Positions 1 through 10,425 of a DNA stretch of 64,000 nt are shown here, piece after piece. This DNA is from an uncultured Actinomycetota bacterium. Lineage in GTDB: Bacteria; Actinomycetota; Actinomycetes; Mycobacteriales; Pseudonocardiaceae. Position numbers and translations under genes: made by a program. The notes beneath the pieces were generated by a model, which was given only the letters and a program-made list of their open reading frames with translations, was not told where the DNA came from and made no database searches. The stretch lies in contig CAWIOI010000001.1 of NCBI GenBank assembly GCA_963837575.1, positions 140,779 to 204,778 on the forward strand. The letters run 5' to 3'. The stretch's first letter is position 1. The number at the start of each line of letters is the position of its first letter.

Positions 1-165
1 CTGGTGCTGCAGCTCGCCACGATCGTGGCCGGATTCGTGCTGGTCACGCCGCTGGGCGTGGTCGGGGTCGTGTTCGCGCTGGTGTGGGCCGGGCTGCTCC
101 TGATGCGCCGCGAGGTCGCCCGCCGGATGGCCCGCGGCGAGCTGCCCGGGCAGCGCCCGGTGTAA
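1..165 (+). CDS. 3' end of small membrane protein (DUF4233-like), partial
   Basis: Frame 1 reads LVLQLATIVAGFVLVTPLGVVGVVFALVWAGLLLMRREVARRMARGELPGQRPV*; DUF4233 genes usually lie just upstream of ndk in actinobacteria. Confidence 0.7.
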   Translation: MVLQLATIVAGFVLVTPLGVVGVVFALVWAGLLLMRREVARRMARGELPGQRPV

Positions 166-196
166 CGCCGTCGCCTGCTCGCGACACTTGTCCGGC

Positions 197-715
197 ATGG
201 CTACCACCGCGCGTCGGCGCAAGCTGCTCTGGTCCGCGCTCGGCGTCGGCGTCGTGCTCGTCGTCGTCGCCGCGCTGGTCTTCGAGCCGTGGAAGGCGTT
301 CATCGACCGGCGGGTGGACGAGGCGCCGCCGCTCGCCGCCCCCGCCGCCGGGGCCGCCCCCGCGATCATCGCCCGCGGCACGCTGGTCGCGCACGAGCAC
401 GCCAGCAGCGGCACGGTCGAGGTCGTGCGCTTGCCCGACGGCGCACGCGTGCTCCGCCTGCAGGACCTGCGGACCAGCGACGGCCCGAAGCTGCAGGTCT
501 GGCTGGCCGACGCGCCGGTGCTGCCCGGCAGCGACGGCTGGTTCGTGTTCGACGACGGACGCCACGTCGACCTCGGCCCGCTCAAGGGCAACATCGGCAG
601 CTCCAACTACCCCATCCCGGCCGACGTCGATCTGACCGCGCTGCACAGCGTCACGATCTGGTGCGACCGGTTCAACGTCTCGTTCGCCGCTGCCGCCCTC
701 AGCCCGACCGCGTGA
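197..715 (+). CDS. DM13 domain membrane-anchored protein
   Basis: N-terminal TM, then HASSGTV...[13 protein letters not shown]...[16 protein letters not shown]...[13 protein letters not shown], typical of DM13. Confidence 0.85.
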   Translation: MATTARRRKLLWSALGVGVVLVVVAALVFEPWKAFIDRRVDEAPPLAAPAAGAAPAIIARGTLVAHEHASSGTVEVVRLPDGARVLRLQDLRTSDGPKLQVWLADAPVLPGSDGWFVFDDGRHVDLGPLKGNIGSSNYPIPADVDLTALHSVTIWCDRFNVSFAAAALSPTA

Positions 716-740
716 CGTTGCGCCGATAGGCTGCACAACC

Positions 741-1151
741 GTGACCGAACGCACTCTCGTCCTCGTCAAGCCCGACGGTGTGGGCCGCAAGCTCATCGGC
801 GAGGTCCTCTCCCGCATCGAGCGCAAGGGGCTCGACATCGTCGCGATGGACCTCCGCACCGTCGACCGCGAGCTGGCCAGCCAGCACTACGCGGAGCACG
901 ACGGCAAGCCGTTCTTCGAGAGCCTGCTGGAGTTCATCACGTCCGGCCCGGTGGTCGCGGCCGTCGTCGAGGGCCCGCGCGCGATCGCGGCGTGGCGGCA
1001 GGTCGCGGGCGGCACCGACCCGGTCGAGAAGGCCGCGCCCGGCTCGATCCGCGGCGACTTCGCCCTGGAGACCCAGAACAACCTCGTCCACGGCTCCGAC
1101 TCGCCCGAGAGCGCCGAACGCGAGATCAAGCTCTGGTTCCCATCGCTCTAG
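741..1151 (+). CDS. ndk: Nucleoside diphosphate kinase
   Basis: [28 protein letters not shown] (catalytic His). Confidence 0.98.
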   Translation: MTERTLVLVKPDGVGRKLIGEVLSRIERKGLDIVAMDLRTVDRELASQHYAEHDGKPFFESLLEFITSGPVVAAVVEGPRAIAAWRQVAGGTDPVEKAAPGSIRGDFALETQNNLVHGSDSPESAEREIKLWFPSL

Positions 1152-2059
1152 TCCACGCGCGGGGGCTGCGCAAGCGCTTCGGGACGTTCGAGGCCGTGCG
1201 CGGCATCGACGTCGACGTCGCGCGCGGCGAGGTGTTCGGCTTCCTCGGGCCCAACGGCGCGGGGAAGTCGTCCACGATGCGGATGGTGGCGTGCGTGTCG
1301 CCGCGCTCCGGCGGCACCCTCACCGTGCTCGGGCGCGATCCCGACACCGACGGCCCGGCCATCCGCGCCCGCATCGGCGTCGTCCCGCAGCTGGACAACC
1401 TCGACACCGAGCTCACCGTCCGGCAGAACCTGCAGGTCTACGGGCGCTACTTCGGCCTCGGCCGCGCGCACGTGCGCGCGAAGGCCACCGAGCTGCTCGC
1501 CTTCGCGCAGCTCACCGATCGGGCCGACGAGCCGGTCGAGCCGCTGTCGGGCGGCATGAAGCGGCGGCTCACCATCGCCAGGGCGCTGGTCAACGACCCC
1601 GAGCTGCTGCTGCTCGACGAGCCGACGACGGGGCTCGACCCGCAGGCCCGGCACCTGCTGTGGGAGCGGCTGTACCGGCTCAAGCGCGAAGGCGTCACCC
1701 AGATCATCACCACGCACTACATGGACGAGGCCGAGCAGCTGTGCGACCGGCTCGTCGTCATGGACGCCGGGGTGATCGTCGCGGAGGGCTCGCCCGCCGA
1801 GCTGATCGGGCGCTACTCCACCCGCGAGGTGCTGGAGCTGCGGTTCGCCCCCGAGGAGCGGCCGGAGCCCGCGCTGCTGGAGCCGCTCGCGGAGCGCGTG
1901 GAGGAGCTGCCCGACCGGCTGCTGCTCTACGCGGGCGACGGCGAGCACGTCCACGCGCTGGTGCTCGAGAAGGGGCTCCGGCCGCTCTCGGCCCTCGTCC
2001 GGCGTTCCACGCTGGAGGACGTGTTCCTCCGGCTCACGGGGCGGACCCTGGTCGAATGA
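1133..2059 (+). CDS. ABC transporter ATP-binding protein (NodI/DrrA-like); start uncertain
   Basis: Walker A GPNGAGKS, signature [20 protein letters not shown]; no clear canonical start next to the ndk stop. Confidence 0.9.
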   Translation: MVPIALVHARGLRKRFGTFEAVRGIDVDVARGEVFGFLGPNGAGKSSTMRMVACVSPRSGGTLTVLGRDPDTDGPAIRARIGVVPQLDNLDTELTVRQNLQVYGRYFGLGRAHVRAKATELLAFAQLTDRADEPVEPLSGGMKRRLTIARALVNDPELLLLDEPTTGLDPQARHLLWERLYRLKREGVTQIITTHYMDEAEQLCDRLVVMDAGVIVAEGSPAELIGRYSTREVLELRFAPEERPEPALLEPLAERVEELPDRLLLYAGDGEHVHALVLEKGLRPLSALVRRSTLEDVFLRLTGRTLVE

Positions 2060-2853
2060 TCGAAGCCCCGGGCCGGGTGCGCGGCGTGCTGCTCGTCGTC
2101 GAGCACTTCTGGACGTGGTACCGGCGCAACTGGCGGGCCACGGCGGTGTCGTCGGTGCTGCAGCCGGTGCTCTTCCTCGTGGCGTTCGGCGTGGGGTTCG
2201 GTTCGCTGGTCGCGGGGCGGCCGGGGGTCGGCGCCGCCACCGGCGGGGTGCCCTACCTCGTGTGGCTCGCGCCCGCGCTGCTGGCCGTCTCGGCCGTGCA
2301 GAGCGGCGCGTTCGAGTCCTCCTACCCGGTGCTGTCGGGCTTCAAGTGGCAGCGCATCTACCACGCGATGACCGCCGGGCCGATCACCCCGGCCCAGGTG
2401 GCGATCGCGCACGTGGCCTGGGTGGCGATCAAGCTGACGCTCACCGGGGCGGTGTTCGTCGTGGTTGCGGCACTGGTGGGTGGGGTGGTCGGGCCGGGGA
2501 TTCTCGGCGCGTTGGCGGTCGCCGTGCTCACCGGCACCGGCGTCACCGCGCTCGTCACGGCGTACGCGGCCACCGTCGAGCTCGACCAGGGCTTCAACGT
2601 GATCTTCCGGCTGATCGTCGTGCCGATCACGCTGTTCTCGGGCACGTTCTTCCCGGTCGAGCAGCTGCCCGCGCTCGTGCGGCCGCTGGCGTGGATCTCG
2701 CCGCTCTGGCACGGCACCGAGCTGGCCCGGGCCGCGGCGTTGAACCGCTGGCAGCTGCTCCCCGCGCTCGGCCACCTGGCCTACCTCATCGTCTTGCTGC
2801 TGCTCGGGCTCGTGCTGTCGGCCCGATTCTTCGCCCGACGGCTCGCGCTGTGA
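2056..2853 (+). CDS. ABC-2 type permease
   Basis: ATG overlaps upstream TGA; multi-TM; LFSGTFFPVEQLP...ISPLWHG motif. Confidence 0.9.
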   Translation: MIEAPGRVRGVLLVVEHFWTWYRRNWRATAVSSVLQPVLFLVAFGVGFGSLVAGRPGVGAATGGVPYLVWLAPALLAVSAVQSGAFESSYPVLSGFKWQRIYHAMTAGPITPAQVAIAHVAWVAIKLTLTGAVFVVVAALVGGVVGPGILGALAVAVLTGTGVTALVTAYAATVELDQGFNVIFRLIVVPITLFSGTFFPVEQLPALVRPLAWISPLWHGTELARAAALNRWQLLPALGHLAYLIVLLLLGLVLSARFFARRLAL

Positions 2854-3635
2854 TCGTCCTCGGGGTCGCCTACGCGGGGCGTTCCCGCATGCTGCTGCTG
2901 CGATCGGCCACCGCGTCGCGGCGCACCTGGGTGGCGTTCGTCTCCGGGTTCTTCGAGCCCGTGTTCTACCTGCTGGCGCTCGGGCAGGGCCTCGGGTCAC
3001 TGGTCGGGCCGGTCGAAGGCCCGGGCGGCGCGCCGATCGGCTACGCGGCGTTCATCGCGCCGGGTCTGCTGGCGGCGTCGGCCATGAACGGCGCCGTGTT
3101 CGACTCCACGTTCAACGTGTTCTTCAAGCTCAAGTACGCGCGCCTGTACGACGCGCTGCTGGCGACGCCGCTCGGCCCGATCGACATCGCGCTGGGCGAG
3201 ATCGGCTGGGCGCTCATCCGCGGTGGGATCTACGCGCTCGGGTTCCTCACCGTGCTCGCCGGTTTCGGGCTGCTGGTCTCACCGTGGGCGCTGCTGGCGC
3301 TGCCCGCGGCGCTCGTGGTGGCGTTCGCGTTCGCGGCGGTCGGCATGGCCGCCACGTCCTACATGCGCTCGTGGCAGGACTTCGACCTCGTCACGCTGGT
3401 GATCTTGCCGATGTTCCTGTTCTCGACCACGTTCTACCCGATCACCGTCTACCCGCGGTGGCTGCAGGTGATCGTCGAGTGCCTCCCGCTCTACCACGCG
3501 GTGGCGCTGATGCGGGGGCTCACGACCGGCGTCGTCGGGCCCGCGCTGCTGGGCCATCTGGCGTACTTCGCGGTGATGATCGTGATCGGGGTGACGCTCG
3601 CCGCGCGCCGCCTCGGCGCCTTGCTGCTCAGCTGA
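2850..3635 (+). CDS. ABC-2 type permease
   Basis: GTGA overlap; FIAPGLLAASAMNGA, PMFLFSTTFYP. Confidence 0.9.
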   Translation: MIVLGVAYAGRSRMLLLRSATASRRTWVAFVSGFFEPVFYLLALGQGLGSLVGPVEGPGGAPIGYAAFIAPGLLAASAMNGAVFDSTFNVFFKLKYARLYDALLATPLGPIDIALGEIGWALIRGGIYALGFLTVLAGFGLLVSPWALLALPAALVVAFAFAAVGMAATSYMRSWQDFDLVTLVILPMFLFSTTFYPITVYPRWLQVIVECLPLYHAVALMRGLTTGVVGPALLGHLAYFAVMIVIGVTLAARRLGALLLS

Positions 3636-3693
3636 GAGCGGCTCAGGGCGGGTGGGGTGGCCGGGTCACGCGGCGGGGTCGATGATTGACGGT

Positions 3694-4470
3694 ATGTCGG
3701 TCCTCTCCCAGCGCTCGGCCCGTGTGGACCTCGTCCGCAGCGCCACGGTGGCGGTGCTCGCGATCGTTCAGATCCTGGTGTCGGTGTTGGCGGGTGGATC
3801 GGTCGGAGCGGTCGCGGAGTGGCTGCGCACCCCGCTGCTCGCGGCGGGCTGGGCGTTCACGATCTGGGCGCCGATCTACATCGGATTCCTGGTCTACGCG
3901 GGCTACCAGCTGCTCCCCGCCCAGCGCGGGCGCGAGATCCACCGGCGCACCGGCTGGTGGACCGCCGCGTCCGCCGTGCTCAACCCGCTGTGGATCGTGA
4001 CGTTCTCCGGGCGGGTGATCCTGCTGGCCGAGCTACTGCTCGTCGCGCTGCTGGTCGTGCTGGCCATCGTGTTCGGACGGCTGTCGCGCGAGCCCGCCAC
4101 CGACCGGGTCGAGCGCGCCACGTTCCGCGGGCCGATCGCGCTCTACACCGGCTGGGTGTCGATGGCCACCGTGCTCGGCACCGCCGCCACCGGGGTCTGG
4201 GTGGGCCTGCCGGGCGCCAACGCGCTGGCCGCCATCGCCGCCGTCGTCGTGCTGCTGGCCGCGACCGGGATCGTCGCGTGGGTGGTGCTGTCCGGCACCG
4301 CGGTCGTGCCCTACACGGCCGCCGTCGTGTGGGCGCTGATCGGGATCGCGCTGAACACGCCGCCCGTGGCCGTCGTCGGCACCTGCGCGATCGCCATCGT
4401 GATCGTGCTCGCCACCGCGCTGCGGCGGGTCACCGCCGCGGGCAGCCGGGTGCGCGCCGCCTGGGGCTAG
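3694..4470 (+). CDS. TspO/MBR-like tryptophan-rich membrane protein
   Basis: AGWAFTIWAPIY, LNPLWI, LYTGWVSMAT motifs; multi-TM. Confidence 0.7.
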   Translation: MSVLSQRSARVDLVRSATVAVLAIVQILVSVLAGGSVGAVAEWLRTPLLAAGWAFTIWAPIYIGFLVYAGYQLLPAQRGREIHRRTGWWTAASAVLNPLWIVTFSGRVILLAELLLVALLVVLAIVFGRLSREPATDRVERATFRGPIALYTGWVSMATVLGTAATGVWVGLPGANALAAIAAVVVLLAATGIVAWVVLSGTAVVPYTAAVVWALIGIALNTPPVAVVGTCAIAIVIVLATALRRVTAAGSRVRAAWG

Positions 4471-7055
4471 GGGAGATCCACCCGCAGCAGCGCGCCGTCG
4501 TCGCCGCGCTGCACGAGGCCGCCCTCGACGGTGATCGGCGTGGTCAGCCGGGGATCCTGCGCGACGGGGCGCACCGCGCCGTCCACCGTGATCGCGAGGA
4601 CCACGCCGTCGGCGAGCACCACCGCGCGACCCCGTGCGTCGAGCCCGAGGGCGGCGTCGCCCAGCGCGAGCCGGGTGGCAGGCACGTTGCGGGCGAGCTG
4701 GACGGGTACCGGTGCGGCGGGGGCGTCGCCGTCGATCACCGGCCCCAGCACCCGGCCGTCGGACAGGGCGAGCACCCGGCCCCCGACCAGCAGCCAGCCC
4801 CGCCCGTCGGGCCGAACGACGCCGCCGGTCACCGGCCCCTCGACCACCAGGGTGCCGTCGAGCCGGTAGGCGCCCGTGGGGGTGGCGACGAGCGGTGGCC
4901 TGCCGCCGAGGTCGGGAACCAACGTCAGATGCTCGGCGGGCAGCGCCACCGGCGGCAGCCGGGTCTCCGGTCCGCCCGGCCGGGCGTGGACCGGCGTCGT
5001 CCCCTCCAGCCACCAGACGCCGCCCGACCCGTCCGGCCAGACCGGGCCGAGCGCGCCGTCCTGCCGGGTGCCGAGCGGGGTGGCTGTGCGGCCGTCGGCG
5101 GAGACGGCGGCGATCTGCCCGTCGCGCGTGCCGCTCGCCCAGCGGCCGTCGACGCCCAGCGGAATGCCCAGCCGGTCGGTGCCCGTGTTCGCGATCGGCA
5201 CCAGCGCGGCAGGCGGCCCGGCGGCCGGCGGGTCGGGCACGCAGTCCGACCGGGTCGGTGGCAGGTCCTCCAGGGGGCGCGGTCGGCGGCAGCGCCCACA
5301 GCGCACCCTGCCGCGTCGCGACGAGGAGGGTGCCGTCCGGGCCGGTGCCGAGCGCGACGGCCGGGCCCGGGCAGCGGGGCGCGGACGGCCCGCAGCACAC
5401 CATCCGTGCCCACGTGCAGGAGCCGTCCGTTCGCCGCGACCCAGGCGCCGCCGTCCGCGGCGGGCGCGAAGGGGCCGCGCGCGCCGAGCGCCGCCGAGCG
5501 GGCCACGGCGGTCAGCCCGCAGGCGGGGTCGAGGCCACCGGCGACCGGGGTGACGACGACGCGGCCCGGCGCGGCCGTCACCCGCTCCAGCCTGCTCGCG
5601 GTGCGGCGCAGCGCGCCGCCGGGCACCGGCAGCAGATCGGATGAGGTGAGCGGGGCGGCGCCGACCGGCGCGTCGATCGTGACGACGGGCAGCACGGTGA
5701 CGTCGAGCGTGGTCGCGCCGTCGTAGGCGGCGAGGTCGAGGCTGCGGACGGTGGCGGTGGGCTCGCCGTACCCGCGCAGCCAGACGGTGCCGTCCGCCCC
5801 GACCGGGCTCGCCTCGGCCACCCCCATGACGCGGACCGCCGTCGGGTCGCCTGCGCGCAGGCCGGTCACCAGCAGCACACCCGGGGCGGCGAAGCGCGCG
5901 ACCCGGCCGCCCGCCACGCCGAGGATCCCGCCCGCGTGTCGGACCCGGGCGTCGGCGGGCACGCGGGCCAGCACGCTGACGCGGCCGTGTGCGGCCGTCG
6001 CGATGCCGTCGTCGGTGACGGCGGCCGGGGCCCCGTCGATGATCGTCAGCCGCAGGCCCGACCCGACGGGCAGCGGGGTCACCCCGCTGCGCAGCTCGCC
6101 CGTGTCGGCGAGGTCGGCGAGCCGCACGAAGGGCCCGTCGGCGGCCGCGGTGTCGGCGGGCCGGATCCCCGTGACCAGGGCGCCCACCAGCGCCGCGGCG
6201 AGCACCGGTGCCGCCCGGGCCCGGGGATGCCCGGGGGAGCCCGGCGCGGCTCGGCCCCGAGGACGCGCGGGGGAGCCCGGCGCTGCCGCGGGCCGGGGAG
6301 GCGCGGGGGAGCCCGGCGCTGGCCGGGCGGGGGAGGCGCGGGGGAGCCCGGCGCTGGCCGGGCCGGGGGAGGCGCGGGGGAGCCCGGCGCTGGCCGGGCG
6401 GGGGACACGCGGGATAGCCCGGCTCCGTTCGGGCCGGGGGAGGCGCGGGGGAGCCCGGCACCGTTCGGGCCCAGGGAAGCCGGATCCCGACGGCGACCAC
6501 GACCGCCGCCATCCCGAGCGCCGCCGCGGCCCACGCGCCCGGCGCGGGGCTCGGGCCCCACGTGGCGAGCACCCGGCCCGCGCCTACCGCCGTGGCGGAC
6601 CCGACCAGCGCTGCCACCGCACACCGCGCACCCCTTCCGGTCACCGCGCACCTCACCGATGAGGTGCGCCGTGCAGCCGAGGGGTGCGCGGTCGCCTCTG
6701 CGGGCCCGCCTTCCGCCCGCTCGGCCGCCCCGCCTTCCGCCGGCTCGGCCGCCCCGCCTTCCGCCGGCTCGGCCGCCCCGCCTTCCGCCGGCTCGGCCGC
6801 CCGGCCTCCAGCGGGCCGGGCGGCCGCGCCCAGTGCGAGCGCGGCCAGCACGGCGAGCCCGACCGCGAGCGGCGTTCCGAGCAGCTCGACGCCCGTCCAG
6901 CTGTCTGCGGCGAGGGGCTGCGGCGGCCCGTCCACGAGCAGCACCGGCGCCACGGCGGCCCGCCACCACGGCAGCACCACGCAGGCGGCACCCAACGCGG
7001 CGAGCCCGGCCGCGGCCGGGGGGCCGAGTTCGCCGTATCGACGCGGCAGGCCCAT
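4467..7055 (-). CDS. Large hypothetical membrane protein (TM N-terminus, repeat linkers, beta-propeller-like C-terminal region), split by at least 3 frameshifts
   Basis: Plausible coding segments continue across ORFs 4467..7418 (start MGLPRRYG at 7055), 4925..6205, 4033..5403 and back to the 4467 frame; DGxVW-type repeats. Confidence 0.55.
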   Translation of the reverse strand: MGLPRRYGELGPPAAAGLAALGAACVVLPWWRAAVAPVLLVDGPPQPLAADSWTGVELLGTPLAVGLAVLAALALGAAARPAGGRAAEPAEGGAAEPAEGGAAEPAEGGAAERAEGGPAEATAHPSAARRTSSVRCAVTGRGARCAVAALVGSATAVGAGRVLATWGPSPAPGAWAAAALGMAAVVVAVGIRLPWARTVPGSPAPPPARTEPGYPACPPPGQRRAPPRLPRPGQRRAPPRLPRPASAGLPRASPARGSAGLPRASSGPSRAGLPRASPGPGGTGARRGAGGRPGHGDPARRHRGRRRALRAARRPRRHGRAAQRGDPAARRVGPAADDHRRGPGRRHRRRHRDGRTRPRQRAGPRARRRPGPTRGRDPRRGGRPGRALRRPGCAAGDRPARRRPDGGPRHGGGRGEPGRGGRHRLAARVRRAHRHRPQPRPRRLRRRDHARRHRAARRHDRRAGRRRPAHLIRSAAGARRRAAPHREQAGAGDGRAGPRRRHPGRRWPRPRLRADRRGPLGGARRARPLRARRGRRRLGRGERTAPARGHGWCAAGRPRPAARARPSRSAPARTAPSSSRRGRVRCGRCRRPRPLEDLPPTRSDCVPDPPAAGPPAALVPIANTGTDRLGIPLGVDGRWASGTRDGQIAAVSADGRTATPLGTRQDGALGPVWPDGSGGVWWLEGTTPVHARPGGPETRLPPVALPAEHLTLVPDLGGRPPLVATPTGAYRLDGTLVVEGPVTGGVVRPDGRGWLLVGGRVLALSDGRVLGPVIDGDAPAAPVPVQLARNVPATRLALGDAALGLDARGRAVVLADGVVLAITVDGAVRPVAQDPRLTTPITVEGGLVQRGDDGALLRVDLP
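6222..6470. repeat. ~36-bp tandem repeat, about 7 copies (GGGGGAGGCGCGGGGGAGCCCGGCGCTGGCCGGGCC)
   Basis: Directly visible; encodes a Pro-rich linker (ARPAPGSPAPPP) on the minus strand; G-run lengths vary. Confidence 0.85.
6705..6800. repeat. 24-bp tandem repeat x4 encoding AAEPAEGG
   Basis: CCCGCCTTCCGCCGGCTCGGCCGC repeated four times. Confidence 0.9.
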
Positions 7056-7107
7056 CGCACCCTCCCCGCGTGAACCGTACGCTGGGTCCCGGCGAGTGGA
7101 GGTCATC

Positions 7108-7983
7108 ATGATCACTGGCAGCATCGTCGCGCTGGTCACTCCGATGCGGGCGGACGGCGCCGTGGACCACGAGGCCCTCGCGAAGGCCGTCGACCGCGTG
7201 ATCGAGGCGGGCTCGGCGGCGATCGTGTCGGTCGGCACCACCGGCGAATCGGCCACGCTCGACGTCGACGAGCACACCGACGTCATCCGCCGCACCATCG
7301 ACGTCGCCGCGGGCCGCGTGCCGATCATCGCGGGCACCGGGGCCAACTCGACCGCCGAGGCCATCCACCTCACCGAGGCCGCGAAGACGGCGGGCGCCGA
7401 CGCGGCCCTGCTCGTCACGCCGTACTACAACAAGCCACCGCAAGAGGGCCTCTACCGGCACTTCAAGGCGGTCGCCGAGGCCGTCGACCTCCCGCAGATC
7501 CTCTACAACGTGCCGGGCCGCACGGCCGTCGACATGCTGCCGAGCACCGTCGAGCGGCTGGCCGACGAGCCGAACATCATCGGGATCAAGGAGGCGAAGG
7601 GGGACCTCGACCGCGTGCGCGAGCTGGTGGCGCTCGGCCTGCCCGACTTCGCCCTCTACTCCGGCGACGACGCCACCGCCCGCGCCAGCATCCTGCTGGG
7701 GTTCCACGGCGACATCTCCGTCACCGCCAACGTGGCGCCCGAGGGCATGGCCCGCATGTGCGCGGCGGCGCTCGCGGGCGAGGCGGAAACCGCCGCCGCC
7801 ATCGACGCCGACCTCGCGGGCCTGCACCGCGCGCTGTTCGTCGAGCCCAACCCGATCCCCGTCAAGTGGGCGCTGCGCGAGCTCGGCCTGATCGACGAGG
7901 GCATTCGGCTCCCGCTCGTGCCGCTGGACCCGGCGTTTCACGACGACGTCCGTGCCGCGCTGGCCGCCGCCGGGTTGATCTGA
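7108..7983 (+). CDS. dapA: 4-hydroxy-tetrahydrodipicolinate synthase
   Basis: GTTGESATL, AGTGANST, VTPYYNKP, LYNVPGRT, GIKEA (Schiff-base Lys); GGAGG RBS. Confidence 0.95.
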   Translation: MITGSIVALVTPMRADGAVDHEALAKAVDRVIEAGSAAIVSVGTTGESATLDVDEHTDVIRRTIDVAAGRVPIIAGTGANSTAEAIHLTEAAKTAGADAALLVTPYYNKPPQEGLYRHFKAVAEAVDLPQILYNVPGRTAVDMLPSTVERLADEPNIIGIKEAKGDLDRVRELVALGLPDFALYSGDDATARASILLGFHGDISVTANVAPEGMARMCAAALAGEAETAAAIDADLAGLHRALFVEPNPIPVKWALRELGLIDEGIRLPLVPLDPAFHDDVRAALAAAGLI

Positions 7984-8016
7984 GGCCGTCGTCCGTCTGG
8001 GCTACCCTGGTTCGGC

Positions 8017-9939
8017 GTGACACCCTCCGTGTTTCCGGCCCTGGAAGCGCTCCTTCCGCGCGTCGCCAAGCCGGTGCAGTACGTCGGCGGAGAGCTGAAC
8101 GCGCTCACGAAGGACTGGGATGCCGCCGCCGTCCGCTGGGCGCTGCTCTACCCCGACGCCTACGAGGTCGGACTGCCCAACCAGGGCGTCCAGATCCTGT
8201 ACGAGCTGCTCAACGAGCGGCCCGACGCGTTGGCCGAGCGCTGCTACGCCGTCTGGCCCGACCTCGAGGCGCTGATGCGCGAGCACGGCGTGCCCGCCTT
8301 CACCGTGGACGGCCACCGCGCGATCGCGGCGTTCGACGTGCTCGGCGTCAGCTTCGCCACCGAGCTCGGCTACACCAACCTGCTCACCACCCTCGACCTA
8401 GCGGGCGTGCCGCTGCACGCCGACCGGCGCACCGAGGAGCACCCGATCGTCCTCGCGGGCGGCCACGCCGCGTTCAACCCGGAGCCGATCGCGACGTTCG
8501 TCGACGCGGTGGCGATCGGCGACGGCGAGGAGATCGTCGGCGACATCACCGACGTCGTGCGGGACTGGAAGGCTGGCGGCCGCCCCGGCGGCCGCGCCGA
8601 GCTACTGCTGCGGCTCGCGGGCGTCGAGGGCTGCTACGTGCCGTCGCTCTACGGGGTCACCTACGGCGACGACGGGGCCCTGGCCGCGGTCACGCCGGTC
8701 CACGAACGCGCCCCCCGCCGCGTCACCAAGCGCACCACCGTCGACCTCGACGCGTGGCCCTACCCGAAGGCCCCGCTCGTACCGCTCGCCGAGACCGTGC
8801 ACGAGCGCGCCAGCGTCGAGATCTTCCGCGGGTGCACGCGCGGCTGCCGGTTCTGCCAGGCCGGGATGATCACGAGGCCGGTGCGGGAGCGCTCGCTGGC
8901 CGGGATCGGCGCGATGGTCGACCAGGCCGTGCGCGCCTCCGGGTTCGACGAGGTGGGCCTGCTGTCGCTCTCCAGCGCCGACCACACCGAGATCGCCGAG
9001 ATCACCAAGGGCCTCGCCGACCGCTACGAGGGCACCCACACCTCGCTGTCGCTGCCCTCCACCCGCGTCGACGCCTTCAACATCGACCTCGCCAACGAGA
9101 TCAGCCGCAACGGGCGCCGCTCCGGGCTCACCTTCGCGCCGGAGGGCGGCTCCGAGCGGATCCGCCGCGTGATCAACAAGATGGTGTCGGAGGACGACCT
9201 CATCCGCACCGTTTCCGAGGCGTTCGGGCAGGGCTGGCGGCAGGTCAAGCTGTACTTCATGTGCGGGCTGCCCACCGAGGAGGACGCGGACGTCGTCCAG
9301 ATCGCGGACATGGCGCACAACGTGATCAGGGCGGGGCGCGAAGCGGCGGGCCGCAACGACGTGCGCTGCACGATCTCGATCGGTGGGTTCGTGCCGAAGC
9401 CGCACACGCCGTTCCAGTGGGCCGCGCAGGCGCACCCGGACGTCGTCGACGCACGGCTGCGCAAGCTCCGCGCCGCCGTCAACGCCGACCGCAAGCTCGG
9501 CCGCAACGTCGGCATGCGCTACCACGACGGGCAGCCCGCGCTGATCGAGGGCCTGCTCGCACGGGGCGACCGGCGGGTCGGCGCGGTGATCGAGCGGGTC
9601 TGGCGCGACGGCGGCCGGTTCGACGGGTGGAGCGAGCACTTCTCCTACGAGCGGTGGACGGGCGCGGCCGCCGAGGAGCTGTCGGGCGTCACCCTGGAGT
9701 GGTTCACGACGCGCGAGCGCGGCCGGGACGAGGTGCTCCCGTGGGACCACCTCGACTCCGGCCTGGAGCGCGACTGGCTGTGGGCCGACTGGCAGGACGC
9801 CCTGGCCGGGCGGGAGCAGGACGACTGCCGCTGGACGCCCTGCTTCGACTGCGGGGTGTGCCCGTCCACCGGCACGGAGATCGAGGTCGGCCCGAGCGGC
9901 ACCACGCTCCTGCCGCTCACCCCGGTCAGCCGTGGCTGA
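8017..9939 (+). CDS. TIGR03960-type B12-binding radical SAM protein
   Basis: KPVQYVGGELN, YPDAYEVGLPNQG, CTRGCRFC motif, C-terminal DCRWTPCFDCGVC; usual position upstream of rne. Confidence 0.93.
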   Translation: MTPSVFPALEALLPRVAKPVQYVGGELNALTKDWDAAAVRWALLYPDAYEVGLPNQGVQILYELLNERPDALAERCYAVWPDLEALMREHGVPAFTVDGHRAIAAFDVLGVSFATELGYTNLLTTLDLAGVPLHADRRTEEHPIVLAGGHAAFNPEPIATFVDAVAIGDGEEIVGDITDVVRDWKAGGRPGGRAELLLRLAGVEGCYVPSLYGVTYGDDGALAAVTPVHERAPRRVTKRTTVDLDAWPYPKAPLVPLAETVHERASVEIFRGCTRGCRFCQAGMITRPVRERSLAGIGAMVDQAVRASGFDEVGLLSLSSADHTEIAEITKGLADRYEGTHTSLSLPSTRVDAFNIDLANEISRNGRRSGLTFAPEGGSERIRRVINKMVSEDDLIRTVSEAFGQGWRQVKLYFMCGLPTEEDADVVQIADMAHNVIRAGREAAGRNDVRCTISIGGFVPKPHTPFQWAAQAHPDVVDARLRKLRAAVNADRKLGRNVGMRYHDGQPALIEGLLARGDRRVGAVIERVWRDGGRFDGWSEHFSYERWTGAAAEELSGVTLEWFTTRERGRDEVLPWDHLDSGLERDWLWADWQDALAGREQDDCRWTPCFDCGVCPSTGTEIEVGPSGTTLLPLTPVSRG

Positions 9940-10414
9940 CGGGCGGGATTTCACCGTCCGCGTCGCGGACGAGCGGGACATGCCCGCACTGGCCCGCCTC
10001 CGCCGCTCGTGGCTCGAGGAGCGCGCCGGGCATCCCGTCGACGCGCCCGGCTTCGAGGAGTCGTTCGCCGAGTGGTGGCGCGTCGAGCTGCCGCGACGCA
10101 CGTTCTGGCTGGCCGAGGTCGGCACGGAGCGCAGCGGGTTCACCGCGATCGGCTCGATCAACGTGGTCGAGATCGTGCACATGCCCCGCCCCGGGGCCCG
10201 GCCCGGTCGCATCGGGCACATCGGCAACGCGTTCGTGCTCGCCTCGTTCGCCGACCGCGGGGTGCCCGCGGCGCTGCTCGCCGCGGTCGTCGAGCACGCC
10301 AGGGAACGCCGCTACCGTAGCCTGCTGCTCGCCCCCACCGCGGGCAGCTCCGCCTTCTACCGGCGCGCAGGCTTCGCACCAGCGGGCGATGCGTTGCTCG
10401 CGATGGAGCCCTGA
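9932..10414 (+). CDS. GNAT family N-acetyltransferase
   Basis: GHIGNAFV...DRGVPAALL...FYRRAGF GNAT motifs. Confidence 0.8.
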   Translation: MADGRDFTVRVADERDMPALARLRRSWLEERAGHPVDAPGFEESFAEWWRVELPRRTFWLAEVGTERSGFTAIGSINVVEIVHMPRPGARPGRIGHIGNAFVLASFADRGVPAALLAAVVEHARERRYRSLLLAPTAGSSAFYRRAGFAPAGDALLAMEP

Positions 10415-10425
10415 CCCTTCGCCAA

